This document shows, one piece after another, positions 12,547 through 26,522 of a stretch of DNA of 64,000 nt. Each line of letters opens with the position of its first letter. The first letter of the stretch is position 1. The stretch comes from Octopus vulgaris. Taxonomy: Eukaryota. The DNA is taken from assembly GCA_951406725.2 (NCBI GenBank), contig OX597838.1, positions 7,750,001 to 7,814,000 on the forward strand, read 5' to 3'. The position numbers and the translations under genes are program-made. The notes under the pieces are model-generated. The model had not been told where the DNA came from, ran no database searches, and saw nothing but the letters and a program-made list of their open reading frames with translations.

Positions 12547-13769
12547 GAGAATTATGAAGTTTCTATGCTTAAGAGTACCTTGAAGTATGTCCTACTCTGA
12601 AGGTTTGTGCCAGCGAAAACCAGGTTTCTTCCTGGGATACTTCGAACAACCTTCAGTGATATCCACCATTTTCAAATAATTTTTTTTTTTGTTATACTTT
12701 GTCCTTCAAAGTTGTTGCAATCGACTAGAGTCTATTTATTAATATTTCTCTTTCCTTATCACTGATGTCGAGCTTTTGCTTGATATAAAGCCCAATTCTC
12801 TCATAAACTTCCTTCTTATACTGTTCCAAACTTCCATGGCCTGCAAGGACACACATTCGTAGCCACGTAGTTACGACACAATAATCTCCAGCACAGAGCT
12901 TCATTCGAACCCAAAAACAGATACAGGCGGGCAGAGTTTAGAACAGCGGGAAGTAGAATAAAATCGTTATACATTGTAGTAAATTGTAGTGTATGAAAAC
13001 ATAGATTCTATTGGAGGATTTCGAGTGACTGAAATATTTTCATCGTCCAGAATAAAGTGTGTTGTAAGCCTGAAGGCAATAAAATATTCCATTATATCAA
13101 ATATTCACAGTATTGAAACAAGAAAAATCAGCGTTCGCGAAGGTCTTGCATTAATTTACGTCACTGGAAGATTTAAGTTCAAATTTGCCGAGTATCCACT
13201 TCACATGCTATAGAATATATATATATATATATATATATAGCCTTCAGCCAGAGAAGTCACTTTATTCGGAAATAACCTGTCGGCTTCATTCTGTGACCTT
13301 AAAACAATGCTGCATAATGCCATCTCCCTCTTAAGGTATATTCCTCATGCATATGTAAGTATGTATGCGTGCATTTTTGTGTGTGTGTTTGTGTCTGTGT
13401 GTGTGGAGACTAGGTTTTGTTAAGAATTATTAAACAAGGAAATGTTCATTCATACATATTGTAGTTTCGCATCTCTCAACTAAATGCTTTTATATAACTT
13501 ATATCTACCTGTACATAACCTATGTGTCTGAATTCAATTCTAAAACAGTTGTGACGTCAAGGAACAATAAATTGCCCGTTTTCTTTTAGCTTTTTTCTTG
13601 GAGCAACATATCTTGGCTTATCTTAGCAATAGGTTAAACTGTTTTCCCCGACAGATTTTGATATCTATAGGGAAACGCAACCTTTGTTTGTCTCTGGCAT
13701 TGTTTAGTGAAGTCAATCTTTCTTCAAATTTCGTCTCACAACTACTCAGCTTAAAGTGGTTATAATTTA

Positions 13770-14180
13770 GGCGCAGATGTGGCCGTGTACGGAAATAAAG
13801 TTTGCTTTCCAGTCACATGGTTCCGGGTTCAGACGCTCTGCGTAGCACCTTGGGCAAGTGTCTTCTACTATAGCCTCATGTTGACCAAAGCCTTATGAGT
13901 CGTATATACAAATGTATACTAGAATGCAGGACTTAGTGTCTCTTTTTGTACTCCACCACTGCTTGGCAATCGGACTGCAGCGTGTCCATCCCCGTAACTT
14001 AGCGGTTCAGCCTGAGAGACCGATAGAATAAGTACCAGGCTTTATATAAATGGGTACTTTGGTTGATTCGTTCGACTGAAATTCTGTTCATTACATATGC
14101 GTTTAAATTCAATTCAAAATTCCTCGAGGTGGTGCTCCAGCATGGTAGCAATACAATAAATGAAACAAGTAAGAAATGAA
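13770..14180 (+). mobile_element. SINE family A, diverged copy
   Basis: GGCGCAGATGTGGCCGTG...CACATGGTTCCGGGTTCAG...CTTGGGCAAGTGTCTTCTACTATAGCC...GGTGCTCCAGCATGG. Confidence 0.8.
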
Positions 14181-14414
14181 AGATAAGTTTCCATTGCCAC
14201 AGCCCCCATCCCATAAATCTTTCTTATTTCTTAAAAGATAATTCGGTCATTATATCATTCCCTCAGTATGTTTCTCATTTAGCTTACTCCAGGGTTGTTA
14301 GATTAGCAACACTTATGTACCTAGTCATATATTCACAGAAATATTTTTAATTGATGCGATCAATTTTCAATACAAAATTAGATTCAATACCAATGCAAAA
14401 TTGCCAGAAACGCA

Positions 14415-14876
14415 TTCGGAGAGTAGTCCAGAAGCTGGCTACCCGCATGGTTCATGGTCTCAAAAATGTGTCCTATGAAGAAAGGCTGAGGACGCTCGAC
14501 CTTTATTCTCTAGAAAAACACCGCCGCCGTGGTGATCTCATTCTCGCCCACAGCATCATAAATGGAAAGTGTAACCTCTCGAAAGAGCTGTTCTTCACTC
14601 CTGCTCCAGAGCGTCGGCTGCGGGGTCATTCCGAAAAGCTCTACCTGCGACGATTTCATCTCAATCGAAGGAGAGGAGCTTTCTCCGTCCGGGTTGCGGA
14701 TCCGTGGAATAAGCTGCCAGACGAGATGGTGAAGATGCCGACGACCGCTTTGTTCAAAGCCTCCCTTGACCTCAAGTGGCCTGAACTCTTTACATGAACA
14801 CCACGCTGTACGTAACTCCATGTCCCCCTACATGGCTTTGCTATTTGCTTTTGAGCCAAATTAACTAACTAACTAG
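14415..14876 (+). mobile_element. CR1-type LINE 3' end (ORF2 C-terminus, 3'UTR, (TAAC)n tail), 5'-truncated
   Basis: VQKLATRMVHGLKNVSYEERLRTLDLYSLEKHRRRGDLI...LRGHSEKL...FSVRVADPWNKLP...FKASLD. Frame is open to the stop at 14797; tail TTAACTAACTAACTA. Confidence 0.9.
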
Positions 14877-15003
14877 TAAAATTGGAAACATAGAGAGAGC
14901 AAGGAATGACTAAAGAATATCCTCTTTTGCCTCGTTATTGATGCTTCCAAGGCAAAAACAAAATAAACTCCTGTAGAATTCTTGTAATACTTTTGAGAGA
15001 AAG

Positions 15004-15420
15004 AAGGCGGCGCGGCGAGCTGGCAGAAACGTTAGCACGCCGGGCGAAATGCTTAGCGGTATTTCGTCTGCCGTTACGTTGTGAGTTCAAATTCCGCCGA
15101 GGTCGATTTTGCCTTTCATCCTTCCGGGGTCGATAAATTAAGTACCAGTTACGCACTGGGGTCGATATAATCGACTTAATCCGTATGTCTGTCCTTGTTT
15201 GTCTCCTCTGTGTTTAGCCCCTTGTGGGTAGTAAAGAAATAGGTATCCGTTTGTCTGTCCTTGTTTGTCTCCTCTGTGTTTAGCCCCTTGTGGGCAGTAA
15301 AGAAATTGGTATTTCGTCTGCCGCTACGTTCTGAGTTAAAATTTCGCCGAGGTCGACTTTGCTTTTCATCCTTTCAGGGTCGATTAAATAAATACCAGTT
15401 ACGCACTGGGGTCGATATAA
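15004..15420 (+). mobile_element. SINE family C with partial internal tandem duplication
   Basis: GGCGAGCTGGCAGAAACGTTAGC...GAGTTCAAATTCCGCC (B box). The segments around 15188-15245 and 15059-15170 are repeated downstream. Confidence 0.85.
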
Positions 15421-15499
15421 TGGTAGGCAAATTCATTATGTAAAAAATAGGCATTCGGTCAAGACTAAAACTGTGAAGGCTTGACAATGACTTTGGCAA

Positions 15500-16020
15500 A
15501 AACGCAAGCAAATTTTATTGTGAATTTGTTGTTATAAGTAGATTTTACTGCAATATATAACTAATTTTTGTATTATTCTACTTAATGTACTAACTATGAC
15601 AACTGTTATTTTAATAACATATTTTCAAATTTCTAATTACTAATTTTTAAAAATGAAAAATTTTAAAGTGCAAAAATATTTTAATTAAGTTATTTTTAAT
15701 TTTTAATAGAAGTAACAGGTAATAACAAATGGAAGTAGTGACTCGTAATAAAATTTTCAGTTTTAATAAATGCTAATATTTTCTAAATCTAAATATTAGC
15801 TTTTATTAAAACTAAAGAATTTATTACTACTTTTATTTGTTATTAATCGTCGCTTCTAATAAAAAGAACAGAGTTAAAATATTTTTTGCATTTTAAAAAT
15901 ATTCCTTTTTTTTAAATTATTAATTAATAATTAGAAATTTGACAATAGGTTATAAAGATATTTTCTTTGAACTTTTATCCTTAGCTACAATATTTTAAAT
16001 AAAATTGCCTTGTTCTGTAC
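15500..16020. repeat. AT-rich long imperfect inverted repeat (foldback/MITE-like)
   Basis: TCAAATTTCTAATTA...TGCAAAAATATTTTAA (about 15625-15685) matches the reverse complement of about 15873-15945; weaker similarity extends outward. Confidence 0.5.
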
Positions 16021-16130
16021 TTTACCAGGTGTAATAAATTGTCCTCTACTTTTCTAAATGTAATAACTTCTCTTGTACTTTTACAGGTTTACAATCTTAA
16101 TTATTATTCTTGCTCGCATTTGTCCATGTC

Positions 16131-16166
<36 letters not shown>

Positions 16167-16170
16167 ATGT

Positions 16171-16202
<32 letters not shown>

Positions 16203-16246
16203 CTGTCTGTATGTATGTATGTATGTATTTATGTATATATATGGTG

Positions 16247-16497
16247 GAGGCGCGTGGCCTAGTGTTTAGGGTGTCAGCATCATGATCATAAGATTGTGGT
16301 TTCGATTCCTGGACCAGGCGACGCGTTATGTTCTTGAGCAAAACACTTCATTTCACGTTGCTCAACTCCACTCATCCGGCAAAAATGAGTAACGCTTCAA
16401 TGGACTGGTGTTCCGTCCATCTGGGGAACACATACACCATTGAAACCAGGAAACCGGGCCCATGAGCCTAGTTAGGCTTTAAAAGGGTGCATTTATT

Positions 16498-16500
<3 letters not shown>
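16247..16500 (+). mobile_element. SINE family B
   Basis: GAGGCGCGTGGCCTAGTG...GGTTTCGATTCCTGGACC...GAGCAAAACACTTCATTTCACGTTGCTC. Confidence 0.8.
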
Positions 16501-16572
<72 letters not shown>

Positions 16573-17082
16573 TGTATGTATATGCATGTATGTATACGTT
16601 TGTATGTGTGTGTGTGTATTATGAACAGCTCAAATCCAAAACGAAGTGAAAGCTTGAAATATCCACGCTTCTTTTTACAGTACATTTACGAAAACTACTT
16701 CCATATAAATATACATACACGTGTATGCGTACGTATTTGTTGCGTATAGAAACACATATATATAACATATGTATATTCGTAATTATATCAAACATGCATG
16801 TATATTATATCAAACATGCATGTATATACGTATGAATGTAATGTATTTATGTATGTATATGACGTCCATACACATTCTCAAACAAACTTATAAATTCTTT
16901 TACATTTATATATTCCGTTTCCAATTTATCTTACTTTCGAAAAAGTTTCACAATAGCTGTCGCTATGAAAGTATGTGTGTGTGTGTGAGAGAGTGGTTGT
17001 GTGTGTGTTTGTATTTATATAAATATATACACCACATACATTCATATGTATATATACATATGTCTGTATTTATGTATGTATG

Positions 17083-17133
<51 letters not shown>

Positions 17134-17354
17134 ATGTATGTATATATATATGTGTATATAAATACCATACATATATATGCACAGATATACATATGTACAT
17201 ATATATAAACATATACATATATATATGAACAATGTTTATCACCTATGTATATAGGATGTAAATAATGTACATTTACGCATACACACATATAGACACACAG
17301 CACACACACAAATACACGCATACACACACATGCACACACACATATTTACAAATA

Positions 17355-17414
<60 letters not shown>

Positions 17415-18195
17415 AACATACATATATACATATGTTTAACTCAGTATACAGAATATAAATAAACAATATTTACACACATACACACGCATATATTCATATA
17501 AATATATATATATATATATAAAGAGAGTGAGAGAGAGAGAGAGAGTTTGATATATAGGGAGAGAGTGAAACAGACAGAGAGAATCAGAGAAGGAGACATT
17601 CTCACAGAGACGCCTTCACGTAAGTAAGATAAATTTGTTTCTTAATAATTAATGCGCAATGACATCCTAAAATGTGTATCAAAGCTCTCTGCATTTCCGG
17701 CAACCAAGAATAATAATGTTTCGAGGCTTGGAAATATTACAATGTTGCCATTTTGAAATAAACGATATTCTGGACAATTAAATTTCGAAGAATTATTATG
17801 AAACTTAAGATAACTACAGAATAAAGAATAGTAATAAAAATTTTAAGAAAACGAATTAACGCAATATATTCCTGTATAGAATTTTAACGAAACTTTACTC
17901 AAAAGTAAATTTCACCCACTATATTAATACAATATTTTGAAATAGAAACTCAATAAAGAGGGCGTCGTCCACAAGACTTGGATATTACTCGGCCACTTGA
18001 GTTCTAAAGTATTAAGAAATGATTCAAGCACTTCCTATACACCGTACTTAAAAGTGCAATACTTGAAAAATACTACTTACAACGGCAGCTGCTTAAACGG
18101 CAAATATCTTAGAAAATGCGAGGTATGTCAGCTTAATGTGAAATTGAGATATTTTACTTTGCCATAGGTCCGTGCGTTTCACATACCAACAATTT

Positions 18196-18643
18196 ATATT
18201 TTCTTATCATAAAATCACCCTGGTTTTAATTACGAATGTGAATATAAGTTATTTGGGTGTGCTGAAAAGTTCCTGGCTTTCGGTGAAAGAAAACAGAATC
18301 TTTTATGATTTTATGCAACATATTTCCCTCTTGTATTCACACAGTTATTGCTGTGGTTCTTCAGTTTTTCTAAGTTCTGTAAAAGAACTAGGAAGGGTCT
18401 TACACAATAATTCATATTATTGTTTCCTTGTGTCCAATTATTCCTCACTATTTTACAACGTTACATTGCTATTCAAAATCATTACTATATACATTAATAT
18501 ATATATACATTATATACATTAATACATATATACACACACATACATGGGGGTGTGCTTTTATCGAAAGCCAGGAACTTTTCAGCACACCCAAATATCTTAT
18601 CTTCACATTCATAATTAAAAAATGGTCGATTTTATAAGAAAAT
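18196..18643. mobile_element. Mariner-type MITE with extended inverted repeats
   Basis: GGGTGTGCTGAAAAGTTCCTGGCTTT / AAAGCCAGGAACTTTTCAGCACACCC. Inverted similarity continues about 55 bp outward on both sides. Confidence 0.7.
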
Positions 18644-18977
18644 AAGGGTGAAACTAGAGCAGGTGCAGGGACTATCAAGAAGTAGCACGGAATCTCAGAA
18701 ATTCCGCGTTGCTGCCCTGTATCCTGGAAGACCTTTCTAAGTGAAGCCCACTTCGACTTTTATTAAGGACTAGCTCTGGGAGAAGGTCACTATAATATAA
18801 AACCAGTGCACATTTTGAGTAAATTTTGCATGCACTGGAGATCGTTCTGTCCCAACACGTGTTTGCTTGAGACCAATATTGGTACTGGACATATTGCCCT
18901 GGTTTGACTTTGGACCATGTCAATTGAGTGAAGAGGGTCTGTCAGATGTTGTACAAGTCATATTGAATCTAAACTTT

Positions 18978-19345
18978 ATGAGTTCGAGTCTCGTGGCTGG
19001 CTGGCTGGTAACGAATTTTTCTGCAATATATGGATAGGTTATCCTGTTCATTCTATTGTATTAGTATTATCATACGTTTGAGAAAAATTATTTCTTTATC
19101 TTTCAATGCTTCTAATTTACTTTCATCGTAAGTTGAATTTAATGTTAGCATCTTATAAAGCTAGATTTATAAAGCCTAAAATTACAGAAGAAAACCTTAC
19201 TGTGCAGTTTACGTTAAAGGTAAATCACTTGACACGTAATCACAGGGATGTGAGTTCGAGTCTCGTGGCTGACTGGTAACGAATTTTTCTGCAATATATG
19301 GATAGCTTATCCTGTTCATGCTATTTTATTAGCATTATCATGCGT
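18978..19345 (+). mobile_element. Two copies of a tRNA-headed repeat
   Basis: GAGTTCGAGTCTCGTGGCTG...GTTTGAGAA occurs at about 18980 and about 19252. The second copy is preceded by a tRNA-like GGTAAATCACTTGACACGTAATCA. Confidence 0.6.
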
Positions 19346-19494
19346 TTGAGAATAAATTATTTCTGTATCATATGTATGTATATATACATATGTATGTGTA
19401 TATATCTTCTAAGCACAGCTACACACAATAGTAAAGATCCTTATCATTATTAACAAGACTTAGTAAGTTTATATGCTCTGCCATTCATAAATCT

Positions 19495-19909
19495 ATACTC
19501 TTACTCTTTTACTCTTTTACTTGTTTCAGTCATTTGACTGCGGCCATGCTGGAGCACCGCCTTTAATCGAGCAACTCGACCCCGGGACTTATTCTTTTGT
19601 AAGCCCAGTACTTATTCTATCAGTCTCTTTTGCCGAACCGCTAAGTAACGGGGACATAAACACACCAGCATCGGTTGTCAAGCAATGCTAGGGGACAAAC
19701 ACAGACACACAAACACACACACGCATATATATATATACATATATACGACGGGCTTCTTTCAGTTTCCGTCTACCAAATCCACTCACAAGGCTTTGGTCGG
19801 CCAGAGGCTATAGTAGAAGACACTTGCCCAAGGTGCCACGCAGTGGGACTGAACCCGGAACCATGTGGTTGGTAGACAAGCTACTTACCACACAGCCACT
19901 CATGCGCCT
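19495..19909 (-). mobile_element. SINE family A, full length
   Basis: Reverse complement of 10231-10640 with few differences. Confidence 0.9.
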
Positions 19910-20634
19910 ATATCAATATATTTTGAATAACGCAACCTAAAACACTATCAATATCAACATTTGTCTCCATACCTATTATATTCCTTATATTTAATTTACG
20001 TTTAGCTTAGTTTTTGTCCGTTTTGACTTGACTTTCTCAAATTTATTTAAAGGTAAATAATTTCTCTTTATTTCCTCTGGCTCTGCGAAGCGTATTTACC
20101 AATCGTGTCACTCAACCTAAAATTCAATTACTCTTTGTCATCTTTTGTCTTAAATATAATTATATCTTACATTTTAATTCCACTTAGCGACCTTGTCTTT
20201 CTGTTCCTTCTGGCGGCTCTAGAATGTTTGTTTACACCTTGACTTACTCTTCCCATTATTTTATTTTACTTCATCAACCATTCTGTAAACTATAATCATT
20301 TTCACCTGCCAGGATTAACGCTTACGCTTCCGCTAGTATTCAAGTATAATCTCTTAACGGAAGTTTCCAAATGTTTCACGTATTTTAAGGAATATTTTCA
20401 AATACTTTCATATACAGCAGTTTTACCTACAAGTTGTTCCCCTTTATGATTCAATTGATAGCTGTATACACTTTAATGTTGCTTAGCGATTTTTTTTTAA
20501 TCATTAAATATGCATTCACCTCATCAAATGAACAACTGTAGTTTGTTCTAACATACATTGAAATAATTAACTCATGTTTTCCCTATACATACATACACCC
20601 ATGCATACATACATACAAACATGTATATGCATAC

Positions 20635-20700
<66 letters not shown>

Positions 20701-20925
20701 GAGGCGCAATGGCCTAGTGGTTAGGGCAGCGGACTCGCGGTCGCAGGATCGCGGTTTCGATTCTCAGACCGGGCGTTGTGTGTGTTTATTGAGCGAAAAC
20801 ACCTAAAAAGCTCTACGAGGCTCCGCAGGGGGTGGTGATCCCTGCTGTACTCTTTCACCACAATGGCGGTGCCCCAGCATGGCCACAGCTCAAGAGCTGA
20901 AACTGGAAAAACAAAAAAACAAAAA
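20701..20925 (+). mobile_element. SINE family B
   Basis: GAGGCGCAATGGCCTAGTGGTTAGGGCAGCGGACTCGCGGTCGCAGGATCGCGGTTTCGATTC; inserted in (TA)n. Confidence 0.85.
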
Positions 20926-20927
20926 CA

Positions 20928-20967
<40 letters not shown>

Positions 20968-21054
20968 TATATACGTATATATATGTATATATATTAATAT
21001 TTATATATATATTTATATATATACATTTTTGTTTTATATATATTTATATATATA

Positions 21055-21122
<68 letters not shown>

Positions 21123-21207
21123 TCCTATCACTGTTGAGAGAGATCAGAGGTGAGTATTCTCGCCTAACGCTTTCAGGTGTTTTAACACCCAGCGTCATGA
21201 GGGAGTG

Positions 21208-21530
21208 AGAGGCGCGTGGCTTAGTGGTTAGGGCATTCGGCTCACGATTGTAAGGTCGTGAGTTCAATTCCCAGCGACGCGTTGTGTCCTTGAGCAAGAC
21301 ACTTCATTTCACGTTGCTCCAGTTCACTCAGCTGGCAGAAATGAGTTGTACGTGTATTTCAAAGGGCCGGCCTTGTCACACTCAGTGTCACATTGAATCT
21401 CCCTGAGAACTACGTTAAGGGTACGCGTGTCTGTGGATTGCTCAGTCACTTGCACGTTAATTTCACGAGCAAGCTGTTCCGTTGATCGTATCAGCTGGGA
21501 CCCTCATCGTCGCAACCGACGGAGTGCTCC
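21208..21530 (+). mobile_element. SINE family B variant
   Basis: GAGGCGCGTGGCTTAGTGGTTAGG...GAGTTCAATTCCC. The 3' body TTTCACGAGCAAGCTGTTCCGTTGATCG also occurs inverted at about 63180-63290. Confidence 0.85.
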
Positions 21531-21779
21531 GAATGAGGAAGTATCCCCCAAGGCGCTATGCCGCAGCGAACCGGTGAACAAACGAAGCATATACATTGAG
21601 TGCAACGGATAATATTTTAGCGTGTATGTGTGCGTATGTATATTTCTCTATATATGTATGTATATCTACTTATGTACAGTATGCACAGAAAAAATCCCGT
21701 TCGGAAAAATGAAGTAGAAATGTAAATATCTTTATTATTTTGAATTTTCTTTCCTTAATTTTGGACAGTACTGTATATG

Positions 21780-22057
21780 GCGTGTGTGGCCGAGTGTGTG
21801 TGCGTTTGTGAGTGTGTGTGTGTGTGTTTGTGTGTATGTGTGTATGCGTGTGTGTGTGTGTGCGTTTCTGAGTGTGTGTGTGTGTGTGAGTGTGTGTGCG
21901 TTTGTGAGTGAGTGTGTGTGTGTGCGTGAGTGTGTGTGCGTTTGTGTGTGTGTGTGTGTGTGTGTGTGAGTGTGTGAGTGTGTGTGCGTTTGTGTGTGTG
22001 TGTGAGTGTGTGTGCGTTTGTGAGTGTGTGTGCGTTTGTGAGTGTGTGTGTGTGTGT

Positions 22058-22091
<34 letters not shown>

Positions 22092-22330
22092 GTGTGTGTG
22101 TTTTTGTGTGTTTGTGTGTATGTGTGTATGTGTGTGTGAGTGTGTGTGCGTTTCTGAGTGTGTGTGTGTGTGTGAGTGTGTGTGCGTTTGTGAGTGTGTG
22201 TGAGTGTGTGAGTGTGTGTGCGTTTGTGTGTGTGTGTGTGTGTGCGTTTGTGAGTGTGTGTGCGTTAGTGAGTGTGTGTGTGTGAGTGTGTGTGCGTTTG
22301 TGTGTGTGTGTGTGCGTGTGCATTTGTGTC
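21780..22330. repeat. Interrupted (GT)n microsatellite/minisatellite
   Basis: GT runs interrupted by recurrent GCGTTT and GAG. Confidence 0.95.
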
Positions 22331-22904
22331 AGTGTTTGTACCCCATCATCACTTGACAACTGCTATTGGTGTGTTTACATCTCCATAACGAAGCGGTTCG
22401 CCAAAAGATATCGATAAGTACCAAGCTTAAACGAATAAGTCCTGGGGTCGATTCAAGACGGTGGCCCAGCATGGCCGAAGTCGAATGAGTGAAATAATAA
22501 TTAAAAGACAAAGGATACCACTACATAGGGGTGAATGCACCGCTTCTAAAGTGCGTCTAGCAATTGCATATATTATTGATTAATTAGACGAATATTAACA
22601 TTCATTGCGAAAATGTCTTCGCAACGTCAATCAGCTGTGTCATGTGAGAAATAAACGTCTAGAAAGGTGTGCGAAAGCGTCGAAGGTGTAAGGAAATATA
22701 AGAGGAGAAGGTAAATGAAGAAAAGCAAAAAAAATAAAACAGACAAAAAACGAAGGTGTCAGCTTCAATTAATATACAAAAGTAAAAAGATAGACGAAAG
22801 GAAAAAGAAAAGAAGGTAAGTAAACAAAAAAAAACAGAAACACGTAAACAACCACACAACAACACTGTTTTAAGTTAGACATTTAACTTATTCTATTTCG
22901 TCAG

Positions 22905-22976
<72 letters not shown>

Positions 22977-23223
22977 ACGACTCACAGACAAACGTACTCG
23001 TGTGCGCAATGCTATACTTCGAATTCAAAGAATAGTGGACACTTCAATATTTATATATATATACGATGAATATATAACCAATATATAACCAATATATAAC
23101 TAAAGGTGAGGCACCACCTTTAGTCGAACAAATCGACCCCAGGATTTATTCTTTGTAAGGCTATTATCAAGCGATGATGGGGGGACAGACACAAAAAACA
23201 TTCATATATATATATATATATAT

Positions 23224-23632
23224 ACTCTTTTACTCTTTTACTTGTTTCAGTCATTTGACTGCGGCCATGCTGGAGCACCGCCTTTAGTCGAGCAAATCGA
23301 CCCCGGGACTTATTCTTTGTAAGCCCAGTACTTATTCTATCGGTCTCTTTTGCCGAACCGCTAAGTGACGGGGACGTAAACACACCAGCATCGGTTGTCA
23401 AGCAATGCTAGGGGGTCAAACACACACACACACACAAACACACACGCATACACATATATACACATATATACATATATACGACAGGCTTCTTTCAGTTTCC
23501 GTCTACCAAATCCACTCACAAGGAATTGGTCGGCCCGACGCTATAGCAGAAGACACTTGCCCAAGATGCCACGCAGTGGGACTGAACCCAGAACCATGTG
23601 GTTGGTTAGCAAGCTACTTACCACACAGCCAC
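23224..23632 (-). mobile_element. SINE family A, full length
   Basis: Reverse complement of 10231-10640. Confidence 0.9.
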
Positions 23633-23664
23633 TTTATTTAAAAGGAGCAGAAATTCAACAAAAC

Positions 23665-23702
23665 CTGTTACTCGGAGTTTCATGTTCCCATTCGTCGGAC
23701 AG
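23665..23702 (-). ncRNA. Compact hammerhead-like motif with a U4-to-C core variant
   Basis: Minus strand: CUGU-CCGACGA-AUG-GGAA-CAU-GAAA-CUC-C-GAG-UA-ACAG. All three stems pair, loop II is a GNRA tetraloop, and the triplet is GUA. Confidence 0.65.
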
Positions 23703-24521
23703 TTTTTTTTAAAAATAGAACCGATATGCCAATTCTATCAAGACTAGTATAAAAGTTACACCTTTAAAAATAAGATTAAATTAAGATAAAATTTTAAAAG
23801 CAGAATAATAAATGAAAGGGAAATTGGGAAAACCTCTAAAAATGCCGAGATGAACGTCAAAAAAAGATAGAAAAAACGTTTATGTATTTCGAGCGCAAAA
23901 CCCCATCTTTTGAAGTGTACAGTGAAAGATATGTCTGTTTACGTAGATCGGCCGTGACCCCGTTCTAATCCGGTGAATGTACTAGTAGCAGCGGCTTGCA
24001 AATAATGGTACTGTTGATGCCAAACAAATAAATGTATAAACAACATAAAAAATAGGTAAATAACTATGTTACTTTCTCCATTTTACACTCCTTCGCTCCA
24101 ATAGTATTCTCTCTTTAAAAGTCTTAGAAAATTCGCTAAATTTCTTGCAGCTTTTTCTTGTATCTACACACTTAAAACATATGTCAACATAATAATTTGG
24201 ATTTCTTTTAAACACGCTAACGGCGTATCACATTTACTTGACTTTTATATAGTAAATATTATTTTCCAATTCCTTCTTTCTTTTGTTACTTCACAATATC
24301 TATTCCATATGAAAGCCATTCCTTCATTTATTTCATCAGCTGCATTAATATGCCTATGTGTAATTAACATCCATTCTATCGTTGTCTGTTCTACTTTTTA
24401 TTTGCCAAACATGAAATGAAATTAGCATATAATGAGCTACCTTTCTGGTTTAATATTCATAATTTTCCCTGCCAGCTAGATGTAAGACCTAACATCATTA
24501 TATATATATATATATATACAT

Positions 24522-24596
<75 letters not shown>

Positions 24597-24730
24597 CATA
24601 TAATAATAAATATTAGGGAAGAAATCCAAACTTACAGGGAAAATCAGATTTAGGATTGAATCCAATTTTATAGTAAAATATTATATTATATTAAATTAGA
24701 GACAATTTAATATAATATATATGTATATAT

Positions 24731-24763
<33 letters not shown>

Positions 24764-24774
24764 ACCACATGTGA

Positions 24775-24960
24775 ATCGTTAGCGAATTTTTTCCGTCCTT
24801 CTTCCTTTTCTATTGGACTTTCCTCTGTTTCTGAAGAAGAGCTTTGCTAGAAATGTTAAACCATCTTTCTTTCCTTACCTGAGGGTCTGCTAATGCTTTA
24901 CATGTACCACGTCCTCACGTTGATGTTTTTTTGTGCTTCTTCGTTTATTTCGGGGGGAAT
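24775..24960 (+). mobile_element. Short Penelope-like repeat with a degenerate minimal hammerhead at 24827-24861
   Basis: GUUU-CUGAAGA-A-GAGC-UUU-GCUA-GAAAU-GUU-AAAC. Same family as 30745-30950(-), 49676-49862(-) and 26375-26480 (partial). Confidence 0.6.
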
Positions 24961-24965
24961 TTATG

Positions 24966-25011
<46 letters not shown>

Positions 25012-25451
25012 GATAGATAGATAGATTAGGTAGGTATGTATATAAGAAGATGCATATATATATAGAGAGAGAGAGATATATGTTCATAAATATATTAATA
25101 AATATTATACGATACAAATAAGAAGACGATATTTTTTCGAACGTAGAGTTGCCGTTACAACAGTAGAATTACTGGGCAAATTACCCTCACAAGGCCGTAG
25201 TCTTTGCGAGATACGGGTTCGAATCCCATTACTAGATGTTGACAAATTTTGGTGGTGGTGGTGATGGTGGTGATGGTAGTGTGTTATCTCAATTAAGTGA
25301 TGTGTTTATGCATATGTTACTCTAATTCTTATCTATCATAAAGTTTGATCACATGGTTATATCGAAAGCATCTCCCTGCCTATGCTGTGTACTAAACCGT
25401 CATTGTTAACCCTAGGATGCTTCGGACATGACTTGAGAGATTATATATATT

Positions 25452-25482
<31 letters not shown>

Positions 25483-26310
25483 GTGTGTGTAAGTGTGTGT
25501 GTGCGTGCGTGTGTTTGTGTCGTCGCTCCGACATGGGTTTCCAATCGCATATCCGTTCCTGTAGCTTCTTTCCCCAGTATTTTGTGTGGTCAAATTTCTA
25601 CACTCACTCTCCATATATTTTGAACAGTGTGTGTTACACTTCCAGCTTTACCGATCATTCTAGATCATCGGTGAACATAGAAAGATTTCATCCGTGTACA
25701 ACTGACCTTATCGAATGTGCATATTCTGCTTATCTCCCACCTAATTATCGCACGAACACAAATTCGCACACACAGTAAAAAAAATCAGAGCGTATACACA
25801 GATCAAGACGCACTTTCAACCCCGCTCTCAAATACCTTCTAAGTCATACCCATACATCTATATATATATATATATATACATACATTTTTCTCTCATTGTT
25901 TCTCTCCTTGTTTCTTTCTGTGTCACTTTCTATAGAAGAGCGTGGGCTCGAAACGTAAAAGACCTTTTCGATTCCTGAGCGCTATGCTAATACATCTGTT
26001 TGTTTTCTACACCACCTGTCTTCGTCTTTTGTTTTTGTTTTTTTCGTGAATTCTCCCTTTATAACAGTTTGGAGACCATTGACTTGAACGGGAGATCATG
26101 GTTCTCCCCCATTCTCCAGGAGACTGCGTTCCTCCTGGATAATGTGAATAGGGTGGATATCGTCCATCAGATAAAATGCAAGCCTTATTGGACTTGAAAT
26201 TTTGCAGGCCCATTGATGAGACTTTTGCATGACTAATAGTTAGATGTAGTCTTCCTCGATCACGAGTCAAGAGATATTATGCACACACACATATATACAA
26301 ATATATATAC

Positions 26311-26341
<31 letters not shown>

Positions 26342-26474
26342 GCAAAACAGATAAATCGATATAGATGTAGATGTAACCCTCCTTCTTTCCTTCTTTCCTG
26401 AGCGTCCAATAATACTATATTTGTTCCACGTACTCACGTTGTTGTGTTTTTTTGGGGTGCTTTCTTGTTTGGAT

Positions 26475-26522
<48 letters not shown>

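Noticed and set aside
20701-20775. tRNA genes at SINE heads (also 1-88, 16247, 21208, 19215, 25150-25230)
   Set aside because: A/B boxes are present, but cloverleafs are imperfect and continue into repeated SINE bodies.
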